A stretch of DNA of 64,000 nucleotides from Lingula anatina. Lineage: Eukaryota > Animalia > Brachiopoda. Below the pieces are notes generated by a model. The model was given only the letters and a program-made list of their open reading frames with translations. It did no database searches and was not told where the DNA came from. The stretch lies in NCBI GenBank assembly GCA_051362555.1, contig CM120649.1, positions 16,320,567 to 16,384,566 of the forward strand. The letters run 5' to 3'. How positions within the stretch are numbered: the first letter of the stretch is position 1; every line of letters starts with the position of its first letter. A program made the translations under genes and the position numbers. Shown here piece by piece: positions 54,348 to 64,000 of this stretch.

Positions 54348-54748
54348 GCAGGGATAACTCAGCTTGCAAGAGCAACTTGACAGTAAAAGAAACTCGGCCC
54401 CGTCAGATGGTTCCAACAAATATTACCTTCTTTCCCCTTCCCAGGTGTCGTCTGCCGGCAAAGTGGCGTCTTCAGGTGACCCTCTCCCGCAACCACCAGT
54501 GTGGATGTGACGCCAGTGGATTGGACGGTATGAACAGGCGCTTTCTCAGTCATCTCCTTACTGTTACAGCTCTCCTCTGGTGAAAGAGAGCCCTTGCTGT
54601 CAAAAGTACTCCTCACAGAAATTCCTGCTCGGCTCTCGTCTGCGGCGGCGGCGCCGTCGTTTTTGGCGGGAACGGTTTCCGGGTCCGCGGCTACGTCTTG
54701 CCGAGACGGATTAAACGATTTGCTTACGAACGCCGAGAGCCTTTCCAT
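41953..54748 (-). CDS. Shox: Short stature homeobox (Shox/Shox2 pro-orthologue), PRD-class homeodomain plus OAR, 4 coding exons, about 301 aa
   Basis: Exons 54748-54427 ([12 protein letters not shown], matching the conserved SHOX N-terminus MEELTAFVSKSF), 52163-51949 ([49 protein letters not shown]), 43378-43321 (58 bp, [20 protein letters not shown]) and 42263-41953 ([33 protein letters not shown]). Total 906 nt, in frame. Confidence 0.96.
49714..49830. repeat. Interspersed hairpin (imperfect palindrome of about 115 bp); homologous copy at about 32998-33110
   Basis: ATAATACACTGTCACCCGAGCGATATATGCCATAACACCTC pairs with GAGGTGTTCATGGCATATATCGCGAGAGGGTGACAGTGTATTAT. The same arms recur, diverged, at 32998. 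Confidence 0.75.
50120..50535. repeat. Degenerate tandem repeat, about 80-bp unit, about 5 copies
   Basis: Recurrent TTTCTGAC(A/G)ACGAGGC..CGGAATATAGTC..ACGGATGTTTATT.CAAGT.CACGGGAGTAATAA blocks. Confidence 0.75.
54283..54343. repeat. Compound (CT)n(CA)n microsatellite in Shox intron 1
   Basis: Read directly from the sequence. Confidence 0.9.
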
Positions 54749-55655
54749 CTTTGCTGCTGTGTCATTTAACAAATGATGCAGTCTTCACTAGCTACTGAGT
54801 GAACGCGAAACATGGAAATGAAATCGGCGCCTGACGTAATTGACTCAAACCATTGGTTCGATCAGTAATTTTTTTTTAGCATGCGAATGCGAGTTACGTT
54901 TTCGTCACGTGACTAATTGAGATGATTTTCACGAATCCCAGAGTTCAGTCTTTTATGCAGCATAACTCGCACTCTTCCTTGTTAAGAAACGGACTAACTT
55001 TCCACCGCCCCAGCTGGGAAAGACCATAATGCAATTAGGCCCATGAATAACGGACGAACGCCCTAAAGTGCGGGACTATTATTAACATGCATCGACATAG
55101 AGCGTTAATTAATTTAATTGGATTGATTGACTGACATTCTAATTACTTATCCAAATAGGCAAACATTCCGTTTGTCAGGGTCAATTCTCCACGGCATCAT
55201 CTAATTGTCTTTTGAAAGTTAGTTAATTCAAGATTTCATAGAAGCTGAAGTCGACCGGAGTTTGCTAGTAGGCCATGGATTTAGTTTATCTACCAGTATG
55301 TCTGCTTCTTGGACTTGAAATGCTGCGAAGCAGTAAGCAAAATGCAGTCCATTCTAATCAAAGAATAGTAATCTTATAGAGTTATGTTACGAGGAATTTC
55401 CTTGAATCCGCATATTCCATTTAAAGGCAAAGTCTAGATATAAATAAAAATTCAAGGCAGAGAGAGAGATAGAGAGAGTTTAAAAAAGACAGAAACAAAA
55501 TTAAGACGAATACTGTAGAAATATTTCAGAAACGGGTGTAGGAAGTTGAGAGCACTTTGTATGACATCACTGTATTCTGTGAAAAAAGTCGTAATAATTT
55601 TAATGTAAGTTTTCTTTTGTTTAGTACTGCACGCGCATCTGCAGCAAGTTGTTTT

Positions 55656-55657
<2 letters not shown>

Positions 55658-55697
<40 letters not shown>

Positions 55698-55705
55698 CGC
55701 GCGCG
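55658..55705. repeat. (TG)n(CG)n alternating purine-pyrimidine tract upstream of Shox
   Basis: About 16 TG units followed directly by about 8 CG units. Confidence 0.9.
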
Positions 55706-58700
55706 AGCGTTGGGGGGGCATATACTTATTATCCTGTATGTTTTCTTTTAGCTTAGTATTGCGTTTGTACGGCAATGTGCTGATGTTTTCAAGTAGGGGA
55801 AGAGTTGTTTAGTTTTTGGCAAGTGCTACATTGACAGACGGGATCAGATTCTGTAAGTCCTATCTCAACGAGAGAATTCGTTTATCTATCAGCTTCATGA
55901 CTATTTTCCTTCAAATCTAGTTTAAACGTCAGTTTGTAATTATGGCTTTATTGCTTTGTATTAACACCGCGCCAATTACACGGAGTACTTAAAAAGAGGT
56001 GTCCAGAGACAGCAGTTAATAGCACGCGCTTCCGTTAATAAGCCAATACGCAACTCATATTTACACGATGCTTAGGCATTGTGATTTGTGCAGAAATGGT
56101 CACGAAAATCACCACCACCACCAATAACAGAACCGCCCCGTATAATTATGCGCACATCATTAAAATATGTGCAATGCTCCTTGCCAAATGAACTTTAGTT
56201 GAACCCTTTAAAACACCCTCAGTGGATTCAAAGAAGAGATCTTATTGTCTGTCATACCATACGTTTAAAAATCAACCTCATCCATCGTGAACCCCGGCAT
56301 TCTGAAATTGTCGTTTTTAACGCAGTTTTATTTGAAATAAATGCCTAATGGCATTGGCGTTCTGTTCGATGATGCAGTTTCTGAAATCTTTTTACCTTAA
56401 GTGCGGTTACTGGGTACTTGCCGATGGGTCCCATCAATCATCAATTTCTTTAATTACCTAAAATTATTGATATAAATTGCGTGTGTACAGAAAGACTAGC
56501 GCGTTTTGATATGTGATTAATTTAATGGCGATAAGAACAATCAACAATGCGTTGATAGTGCCATTTGTCACTGTAAATGATTCCGCAGAGAATAGAAATT
56601 ACTTTTTCATTGGTTTGTTGTTTGGTCGCGTTCTTGCACGTCGTATCGTTGCGGATAGATTTATGACGCGAGTTTGAGGTGTATTTCCATTGTCGTCGAT
56701 TTTTTCGACTTGATCAATGTCCTTGCATCTAGGTTCTCTTTGTATCAACGTAACGAAATGTGCACCGTATCTTCTCTCAAACTATCGTTGCTAAGAGTAT
56801 TTTGTTATCTTACAGGCAGCAGAGAACAATGGCCGGAAACATCGTTCATCCCATTGAATCTTTTTGATTTTTTTTTTTTTTTTTTTGCATTGTCTTTATT
56901 CATTTATTTTTTTATTTATTTTCCAAACCATTTAATACTCCTCTTGAATATTTTCAATTGATGTACCATTTGTTCTTTTATTATTGCCTGCTACAGTGTA
57001 TCTATGATACAGTACCAGAACATGTATAATACTCTTGCCTGTGGGTATCACTTTCTGTTTCTAAACACACATTGTGACGTCTTCGGACCGATCAGCTACT
57101 TCAACTCATAAAAACAAAAATAAATCAACAATAGATAATAAAGAATTGCGGCTTACGCCTTTTGTTTTAAGAGTGCAAAATCCCAAAATGAAAATAAAAG
57201 AAAATGCTTTAATTTGTAAATTGTAACTCAATAATTGTGCCCAATCAACGTACCACAACAATATGTATTTATCATAATTTTGGGCAAGTTTATCCTTGCT
57301 GACCAATGGGTTCTTGGCATTCGCTGATATTTTACTACTTTTCTCACTGTGCACTATATTTAATTACCTTTATTGTGTTTATTTGAATTTATACATTTAT
57401 TTTGGCAGAACAAGTGCGTATGTATAAGACAATATCAAAAACACATTCAGTAGAAGAAATAATAACATATCACGAACTATTCTATATACTTTCTCAACTT
57501 TCATTTTTTTTTTCGGACATCTTTAACATAGGACGTGGGTGTACGTAGTTTAATGACCACAGCTTCTCCGCAGGAACACGCGTCTGGCATGCAAGTTGTT
57601 CCATTCATGTAGGAAAAAAATGACCATAAAAGCCATCTATCGTCCGGGATAATCGGCCATTATTCATAGCGTGAAACCTAACGAATTAAGCAGACACATC
57701 GGCGCCGGCGTAAATTGCTTTGATTTAATTAAAGAACCTTGAACAAGGAAATTCTTTCATCAATCTCACATAAAGTATTGCCGTGCTTTGCGTTCTTGAC
57801 TAGATCAAGGGGACGGCGTGAACACCCTTCTTTAAGAACTCAGCCATTCGTCGTGATAGTCCAATCCTTTCTGGTGCAAAATAAAACCCTTTCTGCAAAC
57901 TACTGGGGACTTTGCTTAAGTCGTCATGTTATTACTCGAATTGCCTTTTATGTAGAACAAATCTAATCCAACTGATTGTTCTTCTTTGGCAGCTGAAAAA
58001 AATGGACTTCGCTTCACTGGAATCTTTGGGTAACTGGAATGAATTCTCCTGTGTAAGGAAACTAAGGGTCCGTGTAATATATCTAGAGAGCCCGCTATTC
58101 ATTAGATTCGTACTGGTTAGGGTTTGAGTGACGTAAGTGGGAAGCATATTTAGGGCGGGGCTTACCTGTACAAACCAATAGTACCCAGACCCTTTTTACG
58201 GGCTAGGGAAATCGCAGATTTAGATAACTAAATGCTGGGTAAAGGCAAAAAATACGTACGCGTATTTTGCGGTCCACGTATTTTTTATATGCGAGTTTTG
58301 AGAGAACAAGTAACGTCGACTCGATAGTCATGAGAAAATGAGGTTATTGATAACTTTATTTCTATTCGGCCTTCATCGGTTGAGAGAGAGAGAGAGAGAA
58401 GGGGAGGGAGGAAATGAGAGAGAAAATAGCGGAGGACACAGCAGACACGTTCTTCTCTCCCTCGCCATTACAAATAATAATAAAAATAGCAAAAATAATT
58501 ATTATCATTAAACGCCATAACGAGCAAAGCAAGGTAAAGTCAGGCAATACCCCATGCCTGTGCACCACACATTATATCGATAAGCTCACGTACTATATTT
58601 CATATGTTTATCTCGGTTTTGTGCTTATTCTTTTCAAAATCCTCGCTAGCCCCTCTTTTGTTAAAATTCATTACCAATACACACTTAACACACGTACATG

Positions 58701-59912
58701 TAGCTTCTTGCGTTCACTTTTGGAATTGAAATGTCACTGGGTGCCATGCACGCGAGAGTCTCCTGTGATACAGCTTTGATTCGGTCGGCATTGCGAAGTA
58801 TAGGTACATGTAAGCCTACTGATAAGTCCCGTTCTAGATTCTGATACATTTACGTCACGCTCACCCTTACCTGTGCGAATATAATGAAGGGCTGTCGCTA
58901 TGTTACACGTTTTTCATTTCCATATCTTCATATCAGCAAAATACGTTCCAAAAGGAGTAGATAAAAATTTGAGCAAGCGGTTTGACCATAAGACGTTCAG
59001 GTCACCCACCAAAACACCGAACATGTGTTGAAAACCCGAAGGCTCGTGTAACCGATACTCCGCCCTTCATTTAATTTATACAGGTTGGGGCAAGCGCAAT
59101 GTCGGACTGGGCTGTCATGTATAAATCAGTGGGAGCTGGACCCTGTATCACAGCAGGGGGGGGGGGAGGGGGCCCTGTCGAACACGACACCGGGTGAAGT
59201 CGCATTTGATCAAGAATTGCGTTAGATGAGACAGCACAATTGCGCTGAGAGCGCCTTTGCTGACCTACAGAAAGAGTCACTGAGACCAAATTTGCCTGAT
59301 CTGGGCAATGTCGCTGTATTGGAAGTTTACGCCGCGCTTAACGATTTTTATTGATAAAATTTACCAAAAAGAGTAGAAATATGAATTTAACGTTTCTTAA
59401 CTAGAAATATATGTCTTTCCTTTAAAAAAAAAACAATTTTGCAGTGATTCAGTTTAAAGGGTTTTTATTTATGTTTTTATATACAGTACATCAACAAGTG
59501 TATGACGCATGTGCTATAATTGTGGTTCTGCACGTATCTAGAGCAAAGTTTATTCATATACATGTAGGCCTATCAGTAACTAGAAGATACTGTACAATGT
59601 ACATGGGAGCTTACTTTTCAGTCACCGTACATGCTGTGTACCCGTATCCAGTTATAATATAATGAAATACTTTTTCGCGAATAATATATTTTATGTTAAT
59701 AAGGTTTCAGAAAATACAAGTGCATATTATACGCGCATGAGTTGTCTTAGCACTAGTATATTTTATCTTGTAAGCATCCGGATACTACAAGTATTACGTA
59801 AATTTCTCAAACAAATATACAATGACGAATGTATGTGATACAAACATTGCCAAGAATCAAGTTTTTATTGAAAGTTGATTCTAGGTCGACAAAAATTTAA
59901 GAAACTCGAATG

Positions 59913-62900
59913 TCAAATGTGGCGATCCCAATTCTTTGATTTCACCTTATCTTTGCGTTTGGAAGATCGATGTAAGTTTTTCTGCATCTTCGTTAGATGG
60001 AGCTTTAACGTGGCAAGATCTAGGCAAACTATGGTTCCCACAATTCCTAATAACACTCCAACTGCAAATGTCCCGATCACTGCTGCACCTTTGGCTTCCA
60101 GGGGCGGTTCACCTCTTCTATGGGCTGATTTTGGTAACTCTAGCTTATGGGCTGGAATGAAATATTTGATTTTTGAAAAAATATTTTGATGAGGTAATGT
60201 TATATTAATATTTTTTGCACCTACATGTTTATGTGTCTGCGCAGTCATAATACATGTAAAGTTAATCTTTTTAATATGTAACGTACTTGTAAATACAAAT
60301 GAACCACTTCCAGTACGATTCGTCGGTCTGATGCAATAACTGAAGTAAAAAGAAAGAATCAAATTTCCGTTGCTTACCAACACACTCCGCAAGACTTGGG
60401 ACCCATTTCCCGGAAGCATGGCATCTGGCTTGTCTTGTCATGCCGCCATCTATAAACACTGAACCGTTTTCACACGTATACGTGAGGCGGGCGTTGTATT
60501 CAGTGGACGATACGTTAATCGTTACTCCTGGTGGAGGTGTTGGAACATCGCATTGAACCACTATAAAAAGATGTTTGGTTTTGTTATACGATTTGAACAA
60601 ATATATGATATTTTAAAATATCATTAGCTATTTAAAAATAGCTAATTTAAACCCACATTTCCTTAAATTTTAAACCTAAATCAAACGATATACCAGCTGA
60701 CCAACACAAACGAAGATTTCCTAAAGAACTCCATGGGATTCTATAGAAAACCTACAGGTCTCTCTGAGACTCTACAGGAATTATATCGGACGTCCTGTAT
60801 GATTACTATTATATTGTCTAGAACGTGCGTCTTTATACATAAAGACGCATATAAGTCCATATATGAGGCCATATAAGGATTATATGGCCTAAATTTCCCA
60901 TGCACCAATATTTCCGTTAGGGGTTTCTCAAAAGAACCTCGGGCAACAGTTGGTCTCAATGCCAAAACTGACTTTTGACATTCCAGTATAAACCTCATTT
61001 CCCTTACGATTTGTAATCCTGGGCTTCGTGAAGGTTGACTATACATGTAGGCCTACCACAGATTCAAAGTAATATATTAAAATTTTGTCATATATTTGAT
61101 ACCAACCTCCCACTAGTAATTTAAGCTATTAGTATATGTGGTTTTTGTTTACTATTTTATTCTAATTGTGTATATAAACTAGTATAGGGGAGAGCGGGGT
61201 TGGTTGGAACAGTTTTCACCTTTTTTGCGATATCTCAGCAGTCAAAGCTTTGGGGACAAAAATAAAAAATCTGATAGGGGAAAATTATATGCCGCACTCA
61301 TCTATGAAATAAAACATCAAGTAGGTCTTTTCATTTAAGAGTAATAAATGCTCAAAGTTGCCTCCTAAAACGTTCCATCTCACCCCACCCACGGGGTGAG
61401 TTGGAACAGGCAGTGGGGTGAGTTGGAACAAGAGGGCGAGTTGGAACGCTTGCATATAAATTCAAAGTATAATTCATTTTAAGAGTAGGATTATCTATAT
61501 TAATTTCCCAACAAGTACATGTTACTTTGTATTAGTATCTCCATAGTTTGTAAGCATTTTTTACGTTTACAATTTGTTTTCAAATAGTCTTTTCGATGTA
61601 TAAACCATATCCAGTTACACTTCATTTCATAATGATAACAAAAGTGGTGAAGTTTAAGAGAAAATAAGTTGAATTCACATAACTCAACCTATCAACAACA
61701 GTATGTTAGACCTACAAATGAAAACTGTATCTCTTTCAACTAGCCCTCAGAATCAAAATCGCAGTTCTGACATATGTACACTTGGTCACCCTTATAAGTA
61801 CAGTCTTCATGTGACCACTCCAGACAAACAATGCATTGAACCCATTTCTCTTTTGGCCAGCTGTTACTGAACGGCTCCTCACAAACCAGACATTGCCACT
61901 CTTCTTCTGACTCAGAATAGCTAGTCATCTTTAATATCCTTTTTCGTCATTTTCCCTGTCGACTAGAAATCTTCAACCTTTTTTTATTTTTGTTGCGCTT
62001 GTCCTTTTTAATTTTGTTGGGCTTGGCCTTTTCTTTTTCGAGTAGCTCTTTTTCAAGTGTGTCAGTAAGAACTGCACTGCATCGTTTTCTTCTTTTAATG
62101 ATTGGACTGCGACGGTGAGCCTTTGGAAGCGGTCTTATTTCTCGAAGTGGCATTGCTGGACTTGAGCTGTTTTGGGGTTTTCTTAAGTGCGCTATAGTGT
62201 GCTGAAGCACCTCTTCTGGTGAGGGCCAATGAGATTTCAACTGGATTTTTGCTTAAGTTACAAGGTGAATGTTTGTCTTTTCTGGCGGATTTTGTACCCT
62301 CGTTCACTAAACATTAACAGCAACCCCCAATCCATTACACAAAGCAATTAAAACCATATCGGCAAAATTGGTGTTGTATAGTTTATCCATAACGTTGGCT
62401 CTCATGTCAGCTAGAATATTTTTATTTTTGCCGCAAAAAACAGAGTAATAATCGACATTTCCTTCCACTTCTAAAAGCAATTAATCGCAAAGAGCAACAG
62501 TGGACATGCAGACCCCTTTTCGACCAAACAGCTAGCAACTGCATTTAACAAGCAGTGACCATCCCCCCCCCCCTTGTATTTTCTACACGCATGTACATTC
62601 CGGCACCTTGGAGATGTTCTATCAGCTGGATTTTGACTCCAGTTGGAGTTGTACTGGGTGCGTCGCTACTCTCTTCAAAGTTGTAAATAAAACATTTAGA
62701 GAGATAAAAAAACAATCGAAAAACACCGTGCGGGGTGAGTTGGAACACCCCTGACAGTGTTCCAACTGACCCCATGTCAAATGTTCCGACCAGCCCCCAT
62801 GACATCATGACCTACTTATGACATTGTATTTCTTTAACGCGTGTGAGGTGATTAAAAAAAACTACAGCTTTTTGAACATCAAGGTGGTCCTAAACCCTAT

Positions 62901-64000
62901 GCACAATTTCAGTGATATAATCCTTATACTTTAGTTTACAGCACGATGAATGTCAAAAATATGAAAACTTACTTCGAGTGGCGAAAATACGTTTTTTTCG
63001 CATAAAACTTTTACCGCATTTTCGCAACTTCCAAAAGTTTCCCGGATTAAAGTTCATGCCATGTGACATTTTTATGCTGAAGGAGCACATGATCGGTCTC
63101 GTGATTTAAGAAATAAAGCCAATGTTCCAACTTACCCGCGTTCCAACCCACCCCGCTCTCCCCTATTTACTGTTATGTCTGCTACATGTGTATTATCATA
63201 TGGCCTACTTACTCTCGCAACTGACTGGGGCTTTGAAATTCCACGCCAAATTCTCCAAACACTCCACAGTGCTTCTTTCCTCCCCGGTTGCCGTCCTGTG
63301 CCCCTCAGCACATTGGATTGTGGCCACTGTTCCAATTATACGCGGCAGACCACACCTCATAGTGAAGGACACATTGGCTTTGGGGATGGGAGGCAGGGAC
63401 GGGCATTGCCATTGGAAGGTGAGTTTTCTTATAGATATGCATGGGTCGGGCTCAGTGGTGGTGGTCACGGTGGTAGGCCTACCCCTGGTGGTGCTTGCCG
63501 AAATGGACACTGTAGAAATGGCTGTTGGAATTGAGCTGGCTCCTGTGAAAGTAACTGTGCTGTCAGAGTGAGTGTCTGTAGAAATAGGTGCGAACACCTG
63601 AGTGCTTTCTGTAGAAATGGATGCGAGGCCTGTAGAAATAGCTGTTGGAATTGAGCTCGCTCCTGTGAAAGTGACTGTGCTGTTAGAGTGAGTGTCTGTG
63701 GAAATAGGTGCGAACACCTGAGTGCTTTCTGTAGAAATGGATGCGAGGCCTGTACTGCGTTCTGTAGAAGAAGGTGCGAACCCCGCACCGCTTTCTGTAG
63801 CAAGCTGTGTGAACACCGACATGCCTTCCGTAGGATTATTTGCTACCCTTGAGCTGCTTTGTAGAGAAATAGATGCAAACGCCATACTGCTCTCTAAAGA
63901 AACAGGTGCTAAAACCGTACTGCTCTCTTTAGAAGTAGATGCTGAACTTCCTTCTGTAGAAATGTGTGCTAATGCCGTACTGCTTCCTGTAGAAATAGAT
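59913..64000 (-). CDS. Mucin-like Ser/Thr-rich, two-sushi (CCP) domain type I membrane protein; 3' part, gene continues off the right edge
   Basis: Exons >64000-63213 (S/T stalk plus sushi CPSLPPIPKANV..ATIQCAEGH..VECLENLAWNFKAPVSCE), 60560-60378 (sushi CDVPTPPPG..TYTCENG..ARCHASGKWVPSLAECV) and 60151-59913 (TM AVIGTFAVGVLLGIVGTIVCLD, basic tail, stop). Phase-1 junctions are consistent. Confidence 0.85.
61187..63163 (-). mobile_element. Internally deleted pogo/Fot1-like (Tc1-mariner superfamily) DNA transposon, 1977 bp, intronic
   Basis: TA|GGGGAGAGCGGGGTTGGTTGGAAC pairs with GTTCCAACCCACCCCGCTCTCCCC|TA. Subterminal GGGGTGAGTTGGAACA repeats are present, along with remnant transposase C-terminal coding sequence. 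Confidence 0.85.
61740..62240 (-). pseudogene. Frameshifted C-terminal fragment of a pogo-like transposase with PHD-type zinc finger
   Basis: IRPLPKA..RRKRCSAVLTDT.EK basic segment (61947-62240), followed in another frame by CLVCEEPF..WVQCIVCLEWSHEDC..YICQNCD (61740-61928). No DDE core is visible. Confidence 0.7.
63511..63753 (-). repeat. Coding tandem repeat, 120-bp (40-aa) unit x2, in the mucin stalk
   Basis: TGLASISTESTQVFAPISTDTHS(N/D)STVTFTGASSIPTAIS occurs twice with few substitutions. It is built on an older, roughly 12-aa STES.....IS subunit. Confidence 0.9.

Noticed and set aside
26132-54748. Possible conserved linkage with human chromosome 3 (SHOX2, AADAC, COLQ)
   Set aside because: The esterase is not demonstrably an AADAC orthologue and the human genes are far apart. 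This cannot be supported without a synteny analysis.
63122-63803. Overlapping ORFs in other frames and on the + strand over the mucin exon
   Set aside because: They are shadows of the repetitive S/T-rich coding sequence.

Overview
AT-rich, intron-rich eukaryotic genomic DNA from an invertebrate animal, probably a lophotrochozoan such as a mollusc (inferred from gene families and repeat types). It is not prokaryotic: there is no CRISPR array, rRNA or operon structure, and most ORF-track entries are noise. Reading GT-AG junctions by hand gives eight spliced genes. These are two tandem METTL24-like methyltransferases (-), a secreted single-domain FAMeT-like protein (+), a COLQ-like gene with a proline-rich attachment segment and very short collagen (-, essentially missed by the ORF track), an intact HSL/GDXG esterase (-), an orphan alpha-helical protein with a central hydrophobic segment (-), Shox (-), and the 3' part of a mucin/sushi type I membrane protein (-). 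Introns and intergenic DNA carry many non-autonomous DNA transposons, a 2 kb deleted pogo-like element encoding a PHD finger, hairpin elements and microsatellites. The most notable items are the invertebrate COLQ orthologue candidate and the orphan helical protein. All exon models were derived by eye and need RNA-seq confirmation.
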